Positions 48,865-57,813 of a DNA stretch of 64,000 bases are shown piece by piece. The notes beneath the pieces are model-generated. The model saw nothing but the letters and a program-made list of their open reading frames with translations, searched no databases and was not told where the DNA came from. Origin of the DNA: Muribaculum sp. Its GTDB lineage: Bacteria > Bacillota > Clostridia > Lachnospirales > Lachnospiraceae. The stretch spans positions 1,747 to 65,746 of the forward strand of contig JAMPHH010000011.1 in assembly GCA_023663505.1 (NCBI GenBank), read 5' to 3'. The translations under genes were made by a program, and so were the position numbers. Position 1 is the stretch's first letter. Every line of letters begins with the position of its first letter.

Positions 48865-48876
48865 TTCATAGAAATA

Positions 48877-49046
48877 GTAACAGTTCAGCCCGCTCATGAA
48901 AAGATTTAGTTACTATTCACGGTGCAACCGCGAGAGATTTTGATGCGTATTCTGCATCAAAATCCGAGACAGAAGATTTATAATCAGTGCTTTGTGTGCA
49001 AGCACCCATGCACAGCTTACAAATTTTTTCATGGTTGAACTGTTAC
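48877..49046. repeat. Family A REPIN (inverted REP pair) upstream of spoIVA
   Basis: GTAACAGTTCAGCCC ... TTCATGGTTGAACTGTTAC; internal GTTACTATTCACGGTGCA and hairpin GATTTTGATGC..GCATCAAAATC. Confidence 0.8.
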
Positions 49047-49048
49047 AA

Positions 49049-49079
49049 GAAATATTTATCACCTTGGTTGCATATAAAT
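49049..49079 (+). promoter_or_regulatory. Putative SigE promoter of spoIVA
   Basis: ATA-N16-CATATAAAT upstream of the AGGAGG RBS; spoIVA is SigE-controlled in studied spore formers. Confidence 0.45.
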
Positions 49080-49107
49080 ATAGCAGTATCGGCAGGAGGT
49101 TTTGGAT

Positions 49108-50592
49108 ATGGATTATGCAACCAATCATACATACGACTTGTATTCTGACATACAGAGGCGTACCGGCGGCGAGATCTACATAGGCGTCTTAGGTCCCGTG
49201 CGCACGGGCAAATCCACTTTTATCAAGCGTTTTATGGACGAAATGGTGCTGCCCAATATGGAGGACGAACATGCACTGGCGAGGGCTATGGACGAATTGC
49301 CCCAGAGCGCGGGCGGTAAGACCATCACCACCACAGAGCCCAAGTTCATACCGAACGAGGCGGCTCAGATCAAGCTGAATGATGATGTGGAGCTTAAGGT
49401 TCGGCTGATCGACTGTGTGGGTTATATGGTGGACGGCGCGGCGGGGCATTTGGAGGAGGATCAGGAGCGAATGGTGAAGACCCCTTGGTTTGAGGAGGAG
49501 ATTCCCTTCACGCAGGCGGCGGAGATCGGCACGGATAAGGTGATGAACGATCATTCCACGATTGGGTTGGTAGTGACCACGGACGGCAGCTTCTCGGAGA
49601 TTCCAAGGAGCAGTTATATTGACGCGGAGGAGAAGACCATCAATGCCCTGCAGCACATACATAAACCTTTTCTGGTGCTGTTGAACAGCCAGAAGCCCTA
49701 TTCCGAGGAAACCAAGCGTCTTGCGGGGGAATTGGAGAGTAAATACAATGTATCCGTGCTTCCGGTCAACTGTGAGCAGTTGAAAAAGGAGGATATCAAC
49801 AGCATCTTGGAGCATGTGCTGTATGAATTCCCCGTTTCGGCAATCGAGTTCTACATGCCCAAGTGGGTGGAGATGCTGCCCGGGGACAATCGAATGAAGC
49901 AGGAGATCATGGAGCGCGTTCGGGAGCTTATGAAGGACTATGAGCGCATCAGAGATGTGCAGGAGCGTCCGATACAGATGGAGAGTGAGTATGTAAAGCG
50001 CTGCAAGATGGACGGGATCCACTTGGACGACGGCGTGATCCGCATACAGATGGACGTGGACGAAGCCTATTATTATGAGATGCTTTCAGAGATGATCGGG
50101 GAGCAGATTCATGATGAATATCAGCTTATGGGTAAGCTTAAGGAATTTGCCTCCATGCAGAGGGAATATGCGAAGGTGTTAAACGCCGTGAGCATGGTGC
50201 GCGGGAAGGGCTATGGCGTGGTGACTCCTGAGAAGGAGGAGATCAAGCTAGAGAAGCCCGAGCTGATCCGCCACGGCAACAAATTCGGCGTGAAGATCAA
50301 GGCGGTCAGCCCCTCTATTCATATGATCCGCGCGAATATAGAGACCGAGATCGCTCCCATTGTGGGCAATGAGCAGCAGGCGGAGGATTTGATACGGTTC
50401 ATCAATCAGGCGGACGGAGAAGATGGCATCTGGGGAACGAATATCTTCGGCAAAACGGTGGAGCAGCTTGTAAACGACGGAATCACCGCGAAGGTGGCAG
50501 TAATTGGGGAGGAAAGCCAGATCAAGCTGCAGGATACCATGCAGAAGATCGTCAACGACAGCAACGGCGGCATGGTATGTATCATCATTTGA
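49108..50592 (+). CDS. spoIVA: Stage IV sporulation protein A
   Basis: RT.GEIYIGV.GPVRTGKSTFIKRFM, DELPQSA.GKTI.TTEPKF, IDCVG, TTDGS; C-terminal GGMVCIII. Confidence 0.97.
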   Translation: MDYATNHTYDLYSDIQRRTGGEIYIGVLGPVRTGKSTFIKRFMDEMVLPNMEDEHALARAMDELPQSAGGKTITTTEPKFIPNEAAQIKLNDDVELKVRLIDCVGYMVDGAAGHLEEDQERMVKTPWFEEEIPFTQAAEIGTDKVMNDHSTIGLVVTTDGSFSEIPRSSYIDAEEKTINALQHIHKPFLVLLNSQKPYSEETKRLAGELESKYNVSVLPVNCEQLKKEDINSILEHVLYEFPVSAIEFYMPKWVEMLPGDNRMKQEIMERVRELMKDYERIRDVQERPIQMESEYVKRCKMDGIHLDDGVIRIQMDVDEAYYYEMLSEMIGEQIHDEYQLMGKLKEFASMQREYAKVLNAVSMVRGKGYGVVTPEKEEIKLEKPELIRHGNKFGVKIKAVSPSIHMIRANIETEIAPIVGNEQQAEDLIRFINQADGEDGIWGTNIFGKTVEQLVNDGITAKVAVIGEESQIKLQDTMQKIVNDSNGGMVCIII

Positions 50593-50617
50593 GTAACACG
50601 GTTTTGTGTGGTACAGT

Positions 50618-50709
50618 GTAACAGTTCAGCCCTCACATTCATAAAAGCGTCTGCTACGCATCTGTCGCCGCTACGCAGCTCATCTTTTATTTCATGGCTG
50701 AACTGTTAG
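50618..50709. repeat. Family A REPIN downstream of spoIVA, overlapping the stop codon of the convergent gene
   Basis: GTAACAGTTCAGCCC ... TTCATGGCTGAACTGTTAG. Confidence 0.8.
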
Positions 50710-52146
50710 TTGCGTATAGTATGGGAATGCATAGCCATACACCGTTGTGAGCAGGGCTATGACAATCAAAAATGTCACGCATACAAAAATGCCTGTGAGC
50801 AGATAATCTGTAATCTTGCTGCTTGCGGGCTTTTTGCCTGTATTCAGACGGGAGAGGAGCTGTCCTAGTATCCTGATTCCCTTTTCCATGCCGCGGACAC
50901 AATAGTAGCTTAGGGGGATCAGGACGGGCATGATATAGCGTCCCTGAGGCTGGCAATCCATATTGTAGGAGTAGATTACGCTCAGGACACAGGGCATCAA
51001 AATACAGAAAACCATATTTCCATGAAAGAATCTGCCGATGACGGGACGGTCGGCAAAGAGCGCCGTATCCCCGCAGTCGGGAAGCCAATCGTTCCGCACA
51101 CGCTTGGAGGCGCAGGGAATCAGGCATAGGGGAAGAGATATCGCGAACAGGTATTTATAAAAGCGGTAAATCCACATGGCGGTGGTTACTATCATGGGAC
51201 CGTACATACTGATAAAGCTGTTGATGGTCAAGACACAGAAGTCTGAGCTCCAAAGCATCTGCGGAACCGTATAGCCCATTGTCCGGTATGTGGTTCTGGC
51301 GCCGGGCTTTAGATTCTCATCGCCAAAGATCGTGCCACAAATGTCGCGGGTGCGCAGCCCCAGGAAATCTCCGTCATACAGCAGGTAGCTTCGGATAAAC
51401 CACCAACCGATTCCCAACAGGACGATGGCGCTTATCAGGCACCCTTTTTGCAGGAAAGGCTTCCAGTCAAGGCGCAGCCTGTTCTCCCGAAGCGAGAGAT
51501 AATTGGCGGCAAAAAGCAGAATACAGCTCAATATAAAGCCGTATGCATTATAATAGGACAAGGCGCAGAAAATAATGCCTATGGACATGATGATGCACGA
51601 GGAATAGGCAAATCGGTCCTGCAGGCAGCAGGTCAAGCCGTAGAGCATGATGGCGATGGACATCATACAGCAGGAATCCGTGTTCACATAGGTGTGAATA
51701 AATATACTCTGGGGCAGGAACATGGTCAAGAAACAGAGCAAATACTGCAGGCGTTTATCTGAAAACCATTTTCGGCTGAGCTTAAGCACAAAGACAGCCA
51801 TGACCAGTCCGAACGCAAAGTCCACTAATCGGGCGGAATAGAGCAGGATATCCGCATCGGAGGTAAAAAGCTTTACCACATACATGAAATATCCCTGTAT
51901 CATGTAAGGCAGGATTGGCTGAAAGGCATAAGAAAATCCATAGCCGGGAATGCGGATTGATTCCTCATAGCCGTTGGGAAGGGTGCCGTGCTCCGCGATA
52001 TATTGGGGAATGAGATAGCGGTTAAACTCGTCCGGCGGGTCCCCAAAGGGCTGCTTGAAAAGGAGAGATAACCCTATTAAGCAATAAAGGGCGAAATAGA
52101 GAAGCATGATCCAATATTCCCATTTCTCCGGTTTTGGTCTTGTCAT
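50692..52146 (-). CDS. Multi-TM GT-C (ArnT/PMT-like, DUF2142-type) membrane glycosyltransferase
   Basis: PPDE motif after the first TM, Y...P.LPY, YVNTD, WW..R, QGRY..P. Confidence 0.7.
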   Translation of the reverse strand: MTRPKPEKWEYWIMLLYFALYCLIGLSLLFKQPFGDPPDEFNRYLIPQYIAEHGTLPNGYEESIRIPGYGFSYAFQPILPYMIQGYFMYVVKLFTSDADILLYSARLVDFAFGLVMAVFVLKLSRKWFSDKRLQYLLCFLTMFLPQSIFIHTYVNTDSCCMMSIAIMLYGLTCCLQDRFAYSSCIIMSIGIIFCALSYYNAYGFILSCILLFAANYLSLRENRLRLDWKPFLQKGCLISAIVLLGIGWWFIRSYLLYDGDFLGLRTRDICGTIFGDENLKPGARTTYRTMGYTVPQMLWSSDFCVLTINSFISMYGPMIVTTAMWIYRFYKYLFAISLPLCLIPCASKRVRNDWLPDCGDTALFADRPVIGRFFHGNMVFCILMPCVLSVIYSYNMDCQPQGRYIMPVLIPLSYYCVRGMEKGIRILGQLLSRLNTGKKPASSKITDYLLTGIFVCVTFLIVIALLTTVYGYAFPYYTQLTVQP

Positions 52147-52220
52147 ATCGCAGGGCTTCCTTTCCTGAGTGAGTCATGTTACGGTTGTTGCGCCTATTCA
52201 AGTATTATATCACAATTAAA

Positions 52221-52249
52221 TTGCTTTTTATATGGTTTTTTTGTATAAT
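52221..52249 (+). promoter_or_regulatory. SigA promoter of the nucleoside salvage operon
   Basis: TTGCTT-N17-TATAAT. Confidence 0.6.
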
Positions 52250-52277
52250 ACAATATATTCACAGAAGGGAGATTGCT

Positions 52278-53111
52278 ATGGGTGGACAACATGCTTATGA
52301 GAAATTAACCGATTGCTTGAGGACGGTGCGTGAAAGGATTGATTTTACACCCAAGGTCGCCATTGTCCTTGGCTCCGGTCTGGGTGACTACGCGGAGCAG
52401 CTTCGCGTGGAGGCGGAGCTTCCCTATCACGAGATTGCGGGTTTTCCTGTCTCGACGGTGCCGGGACATGCGGGGAAATTTATTTTCGGGTACATCGACG
52501 ATATTCCGGTTGTCTGTATGAAGGGACGTGTGCATTATTATGAGGGCTATGATATCTCGGACGTGGTGCTGCCCGTGAGACTGATGCGGTTGCTCGGCGC
52601 GGAGATATTATTTCTCGCCAATGCGGCGGGCGGCGTGAATACCTCCTTCCATGCGGGGGATTTGATGCTGATCAAGGATCATATTGCCATGTTTGCGCCT
52701 AATCCTTTGATTGGACCCAATATTGAGGAGCTGGGGACAAGGTTCCCCGACATGAGCGCTGTCTATGACAGAGAGTTACAGCAGGTGATCAAGGATAAAG
52801 CGGCGGAAAACGGGATTTATCTGCAGGAGGGGGTTTATGCGCAGCTTACGGGACCTTCTTATGAGTCTCCGGCAGATGTGCGTGTATTGCGTGCGTTGGG
52901 CTGTGACGCGGTGGGTATGAGCACCGTGGTGGAGGCGATTGCCGCCAGACATTGCGGGCTGCGCGTGTGCGGAATCTCCTGTATAAGCAATCCGGCTGCG
53001 GGAATGTCTGACGCGCCCTTGAACCACAAGGAGGTGCAGGAGGCGGCGGATATGGCGGCGCCCCGTTTCAAGAAGCTGGTGACGGAATCCGTGAAGGGAT
53101 TTCAGATATAA
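52278..53111 (+). CDS. punA: Purine nucleoside phosphorylase (trimeric type)
   Basis: VLGSGLG, STVPGHAG, GRVHYYEGY, NAAGG, GPSYES, VGMSTV.E. Confidence 0.93.
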   Translation: MGGQHAYEKLTDCLRTVRERIDFTPKVAIVLGSGLGDYAEQLRVEAELPYHEIAGFPVSTVPGHAGKFIFGYIDDIPVVCMKGRVHYYEGYDISDVVLPVRLMRLLGAEILFLANAAGGVNTSFHAGDLMLIKDHIAMFAPNPLIGPNIEELGTRFPDMSAVYDRELQQVIKDKAAENGIYLQEGVYAQLTGPSYESPADVRVLRALGCDAVGMSTVVEAIAARHCGLRVCGISCISNPAAGMSDAPLNHKEVQEAADMAAPRFKKLVTESVKGFQI

Positions 53112-53218
53112 GTGCGAGAAGAAATTCTAACCCTGCAAAGTACGCAGGATAAGAATTTCTACGGTTCGCAAGGCGAACCTTTCTCGCACGGAAGAATGCC
53201 AAGAACGGGCATTCTTCC
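53112..53218. repeat. Multi-hairpin intergenic element
   Basis: Outer GTGCGAGAA/TTCTCGCAC enclosing AGAAATTCT/AGAATTTCT, CCTGC/GCAGG and GGTTCGC/GCGAACC; then GGAAGAATGCC/GGCATTCTTCC. Confidence 0.65.
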
Positions 53219-53272
53219 CGCAAATTGATTGTGCAGGGCAAAGCTTGGCATGACGGGAGGTGTAGGATAAGC

Positions 53273-53692
53273 ATGACAGAGCAGCAGATAAATGATTTAA
53301 TAACGGCGGCGCTCGCGGCTCGCGGAAATGCATATGCGCCATACTCTCACTACGCGGTGGGGGCGGCTCTGCTTTTGGAGAACGGTGATGTCTATTGCGG
53401 GTGCAATATAGAGAACGCTTCCTATGGGGCGTCGAACTGTGCGGAGCGGACGGCGTTTTTCAAGGCGGTGAGCGAGGGGCGGCGGGACTTTAGAGCCATT
53501 GCCATCGCCGGAGGTATGGAGGGACAGGAGCCTGCGGACTATGCTTACCCGTGCGGAATCTGCCGACAGGTGATGCAGGAGTTCTGCGGGCAGGACTTTC
53601 GGATTTATGTGGTCAAAAATAAAGAAGATTACAGGGAATATACGCTTGCGGAGCTTTTGCCCTGTGGATTTGGAGGAGCCTCGATTCAATGA
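53273..53692 (+). CDS. cdd: Cytidine deaminase
   Basis: AYAPYS...VGAAL, GCNIENASY, CAER, PCGICRQ. Confidence 0.95.
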   Translation: MTEQQINDLITAALAARGNAYAPYSHYAVGAALLLENGDVYCGCNIENASYGASNCAERTAFFKAVSEGRRDFRAIAIAGGMEGQEPADYAYPCGICRQVMQEFCGQDFRIYVVKNKEDYREYTLAELLPCGFGGASIQ

Positions 53693-54999
53693 ATATTCGT
53701 TTGTATAATGCAAGAATCCTTACCATGGAGAAGAATAAGCCGATCTTTGAGGGTGAGATCTGGATAAAAAATGAGAAAATCGCTTATGTGGCGACCGAGG
53801 AGGAGTTGAGGACGGAGTGGAACTCGGCGGACGTCCCCCGAATCGTCTGGGACGTCCAGTTGGATTGTCAGGGGAATCTCTTGATGCCCGGCTTTAAGGA
53901 CGCCCACACGCACTCGGCAATGACATTCCTTCGTTCCTACGCAGATGATCTGCCCTTGAACCAATGGCTGAACGAGAAGGTGTTCCCCATGGAGGAGAAG
54001 CTTACGCCGGAGGATATCTATGAGCTGACCAAGCTGGCGGTCTTGGAGTATCTGACAAGTGGGATCACCTCGATCTTTGACATGTATGTGAATCCTGAGG
54101 CGGTGGCGGAGGCGTGTATGGATATGGGTATGCGCTGTGTACTGGTTCCCGGATTGAACAATTTTGTCTCGTCGCCGGATCAGGTGGAGGAGGAATATTT
54201 GAAGTGGAATAAGCGGGGAGCCCTGATTAGCTATCAGTTGGGATTCCATGCGGAATACACCTGTTCCAAGGAGCTGTTATACAGGGTGTCGGAGCTGGCT
54301 CACAGACATCGTGCTCCGGTCTACGCGCATCTGGCGGAGACGGCGGAGGAGGTGGAGGGCTGCAAGGAGCGTTACGGCATGACCCCCACGGTGCTGTTGG
54401 ATTCCATGGGAATATTTGAGTTTGGCGGAGGCGGCTTTCACTGTGTACACATGACGCAGCAGGATATGGATATTCTGCGCATGAGACGCGTTCACGTGAT
54501 CACCAATCCCGCCTCCAACCTTAAGCTTGCCAGTGGGATCGCTCCCATAGCGGAGTATGAGAAACGCAGGATTCCGGTGGCGATTGGCACGGACGGTCCC
54601 GCCAGTAACAATTGTCTGGATATGTTCAGGGAGATGTTCTTGGTTGCGGGCTTGAGCAAGGTGAGGGAGCACAACGCTGCGAGTCTGAATGCCGAGCGGG
54701 TTCTGCGTATGGCGACGGTACACGGGGCAAAGGCAATGCGGCTGAACAGGGCGGATACCTTGTCCAAGGGAAAATGTGCGGATCTGATACTGATCGATCT
54801 GCATCAGCCGAACATGCAGCCCATGAATCATGACAATATCGTGGGCAATCTGGTTTACAGCGCAAGCAAGGCAAATGTACTGATGACAATGATAAATGGC
54901 AGGATTCTCTATCAGAATGGCGGCTTTAACGTGGGGGAGAGTCCGGAGCGCATTTACGGGAAATGCAATGCCATTTTAGAGCGTATGCTATCGAGGTAG
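53689..54999 (+). CDS. Amidohydrolase, MTA/SAH deaminase (MtaD)-like
   Basis: PGF.DAHTH, HAEYT, HLAET, HCVH, NP.SNLKLASG, GTDG.ASNN. Confidence 0.85.
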   Translation: MNIRLYNARILTMEKNKPIFEGEIWIKNEKIAYVATEEELRTEWNSADVPRIVWDVQLDCQGNLLMPGFKDAHTHSAMTFLRSYADDLPLNQWLNEKVFPMEEKLTPEDIYELTKLAVLEYLTSGITSIFDMYVNPEAVAEACMDMGMRCVLVPGLNNFVSSPDQVEEEYLKWNKRGALISYQLGFHAEYTCSKELLYRVSELAHRHRAPVYAHLAETAEEVEGCKERYGMTPTVLLDSMGIFEFGGGGFHCVHMTQQDMDILRMRRVHVITNPASNLKLASGIAPIAEYEKRRIPVAIGTDGPASNNCLDMFREMFLVAGLSKVREHNAASLNAERVLRMATVHGAKAMRLNRADTLSKGKCADLILIDLHQPNMQPMNHDNIVGNLVYSASKANVLMTMINGRILYQNGGFNVGESPERIYGKCNAILERMLSR

Positions 55000-55003
55000 G
55001 GCT

Positions 55004-56698
55004 ATGGAATATCTTGTGTTGACGGCGGCATTGATCCTGTTTGTGGCTGTGATATTTGCCAGAGAAGCCGTGCAGTCGGGAAAGCGCAGAAGGAGCTTTA
55101 TACAATCGCTGTATGACAACTACGGGGCGCTTCCCGACCATAAATACACCTTGGAGAACAGCGCGCATATCCCGGGCTATTACAGGCGGCATGGGGATTG
55201 TGAGCAGTTGGACGATATCACTTGGAATGATCTGAACATGGAGGAGATCTTCAAGCGGATCAATTACACGCATTCCGCGACTGGGGAGGAATATCTGTAT
55301 TATTTGCTCAGGAGCGTGGGACGGGACAAGCAGTCCTTGGCGCGCTTCGAGGAGCTGACGGCGTGGCTGATGGAGCACCCTGACGAGCGTGTGCGGGTAC
55401 AGCTCTATATGAGCGAGCTGGGCTACACGGGCAAATATTCCCTGTATGATTATATTGAGAATCTGGATATTTTGGGAGAGCGGAGCAATCTGCGGCACCA
55501 CTTGGTCAACCTCCTCTATATCCCTTTGCTTTTGCTTGCACCGTTTCAGTTGTCCATGGCGATTCTTGGGATCGCGGTGCTCGGCGTGTACCAGATTGTG
55601 AGTTATTTTAAATATAAGCGTGAGATTGAGCCTTACATCACGAGCTTTGCCTATGTGATGCGGCTGATCGTCACCTGTGAGAATATATGTAAGCTTGATA
55701 TTCCTGTTTATAGCGGCGAGCTTGCGAGAATGCGCGTCTGCATTCAGGAAATGCATGGAATCCGCAGAGGGTCTTTTCTGGTATTCGCTGCCAGCGACAG
55801 CAGAACCTCGGGCAATCCCTTGGAGCTGATCATGGATTATCTGCGCATGATCTTCCATGTGGATCTGATCATATTCAACAAGATGCTCAGGCAGCTTCGG
55901 CTGCATATCAGACAGGCGGACGAGCTGATCGCCATGGCGGGCTATTTGGAGTCGGCGGTATCCGTGGGGGCTTTCCGCGCTTCGCTGCAAAATGGTTGGT
56001 GTGTGCCGGAGCTGACAGAGGCGGAATCGGGGCAGAAGCCGTTTATTGTGATAGAGGGCGGATATCACCCGCTGCTTGAACAGCCTGTGAAAAACAGTGT
56101 CAATGCGCGGAGAGGGGTGCTGCTCACGGGGTCAAATGCCTCCGGCAAATCCACCTTTCTCAAAATGATGGCAGTCAACGCGATTCTGGCGCAGACGATT
56201 CACACCTGTATGGCGGATTCCTATCGGGCGCCTCTTTTTGATATCTATTCCTCCATGGCGCTTCGGGACGATATCGGGAGCGGAGAGAGCTATTACATCG
56301 TGGAGATCAAGGCGTTGAAGCGCATTCTGGACGCGGTCGCGGGAGGGCGCAGGGTGCTGTGCTTTGTGGACGAGGTCCTTCGGGGCACTAACACGGTGGA
56401 GCGCATTGCGGCGTCCACACAGATACTGCGGAGCCTCACCGACAAGCAGGCGCTTTGCTTTGCCGCCACGCATGATATCGAATTGACAGAGCTTCTGCGG
56501 GAGTATTATGACAATTATCATTTTGAGGAGGAGATAAAGGACGGGGATATCTCCTTTGAATATCGTCTGATGGAGGGGAAGGCGTCCACCAGAAATGCCA
56601 TACGTCTTCTGGAGATCATGGGCTACGAACCACAGGTTACGGAGAGTGCCCTTGAGAGCGCGCAAAGATTTTTGGAGACTGGGGCATGGCAGGCTTGA
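55004..56698 (+). CDS. Membrane-anchored MutS domain V ATPase (MutS-related)
   Basis: N-terminal TM, DDITWNDL, internal TM pair, YHPLL, TGSNASGKST, DEVLRGTNT.ER, ATHD, NA..LL. Confidence 0.88.
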   Translation: MEYLVLTAALILFVAVIFAREAVQSGKRRRSFIQSLYDNYGALPDHKYTLENSAHIPGYYRRHGDCEQLDDITWNDLNMEEIFKRINYTHSATGEEYLYYLLRSVGRDKQSLARFEELTAWLMEHPDERVRVQLYMSELGYTGKYSLYDYIENLDILGERSNLRHHLVNLLYIPLLLLAPFQLSMAILGIAVLGVYQIVSYFKYKREIEPYITSFAYVMRLIVTCENICKLDIPVYSGELARMRVCIQEMHGIRRGSFLVFAASDSRTSGNPLELIMDYLRMIFHVDLIIFNKMLRQLRLHIRQADELIAMAGYLESAVSVGAFRASLQNGWCVPELTEAESGQKPFIVIEGGYHPLLEQPVKNSVNARRGVLLTGSNASGKSTFLKMMAVNAILAQTIHTCMADSYRAPLFDIYSSMALRDDIGSGESYYIVEIKALKRILDAVAGGRRVLCFVDEVLRGTNTVERIAASTQILRSLTDKQALCFAATHDIELTELLREYYDNYHFEEEIKDGDISFEYRLMEGKASTRNAIRLLEIMGYEPQVTESALESAQRFLETGAWQA

Positions 56699-56764
56699 CG
56701 GTTTTGCCGAAAAGTTTTATACTGATAAGAGGTCAGGGTGTCGCAGGACACCGGAAAGGAGCAA

Positions 56765-56923
56765 ATGATGGCATTTTTGAATAGTTTTGTATCATATTTA
56801 TTGTTGTTGATCATTTTTGTGGTTGTGGGCGGAGCGGCAGTTTTTATCGGGATCACCTTGCGCAAGAGCGCAAATGCAAAGGCTGAAAAGGCGGAGAGCG
56901 AGACGGCTGCGGAGCAGTCCTGA
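56765..56923 (+). CDS. Small single-TM membrane protein
   Basis: RBS AAAGGAG; hydrophobic helix followed by a basic/acidic tail. Confidence 0.7.
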   Translation: MMAFLNSFVSYLLLLIIFVVVGGAAVFIGITLRKSANAKAEKAESETAAEQS

Positions 56924-56979
56924 TCCGGAGGCTTGTGCATTCAACGGGCTTTCGCTTTGTGGAGCGGGAGCCTGTTTTA

Positions 56980-57035
56980 ATTCCCGCGAGCAATGAAGTT
57001 GACTTTGTGCCAGTGCTTGTAGCGGGGTTGTTGAC
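56980..57035. repeat. Family C repeat, internally deleted copy
   Basis: ATTCCCGCGAGCAATGAAGTTGACTTTGTGCCAGTGCTTG plus AGCGGGGTTGTTGAC (reverse complement of GTCAACAACCCCGCT at 7470). Confidence 0.75.
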
Positions 57036-57076
57036 TCCCATGAGGGTTGTTGATTTTATAAGATGAGGAGACCGAG

Positions 57077-57811
57077 ATGAGCCGTTTTAGTACCGTGCTG
57101 TGGGACGTTGATGGCACCTTATTGGACTTTGTTTATTCGCAAAGGATTGCTCTCACCAAATGCTTTCAGAGCGTCGGGCGGGAGGTCGCGGAGGAGATGC
57201 TGCGGCGATATAAGGAGATCAACGATGGCTATTGGAAGCGATTGGAGCTTGGAGAGGTCACGCAGCAGCAGCTTTTCACGGGGCGCTTCATCAGCCTGTT
57301 TGAAGAATATGGCATTGAAGGGGTGGACGCGGAGGCATTTGCGCAGGAGTATCAGCGGCGTCTGGGCGATGTCTATCGATATCAGGAGAATTCCCTTGAA
57401 ATATGCCAAACGCTTCAAGGCAGGGTTAGGCAGTATGTGATCACCAACGGCGTCGTCTCCACACAGGAGAGCAAGCTGAGGCTTGCGGGGCTGTATGAGC
57501 TGATGGACGGTGTGTTTATCTCGGAGCAGGTGGGGACGCCAAAGCCCCATAAGGGATTCTTCGAGTATTGTCTGAAGGCGATTGCGGAGACTGGCGGTGA
57601 GACGGATAAAGCCCGTATTTTGGTCGTGGGCGATTCTCTCAGCAGTGATATCAAGGGAGGCGTGCTGAGCGGGATTCCCACATGTTGGTATCGTCCGGAG
57701 GATATTTGGGAAAAGGATAGCGCGGTGGCGGCGCTCTATGAGCAGTTTCGTCCAAATTACGAGATCAGCCGCTTAGAGCAGATTTTTGATGTGTTGGAGA
57801 TTGAAGGGTAA
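57077..57811 (+). CDS. YjjG-family HAD pyrimidine nucleotidase
   Basis: WDVDGTLLDF, ITNG, ISE.VG..KP...FF, VGDSLSSDI.G. Confidence 0.88.
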   Translation: MSRFSTVLWDVDGTLLDFVYSQRIALTKCFQSVGREVAEEMLRRYKEINDGYWKRLELGEVTQQQLFTGRFISLFEEYGIEGVDAEAFAQEYQRRLGDVYRYQENSLEICQTLQGRVRQYVITNGVVSTQESKLRLAGLYELMDGVFISEQVGTPKPHKGFFEYCLKAIAETGGETDKARILVVGDSLSSDIKGGVLSGIPTCWYRPEDIWEKDSAVAALYEQFRPNYEISRLEQIFDVLEIEG

Positions 57812-57813
57812 TT

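Noticed and set aside
53112..53189. tRNA gene (cloverleaf-like, ~78 nt)
   Set aside because: Only two internal arms, no proper D or anticodon arm geometry and no CCA end.
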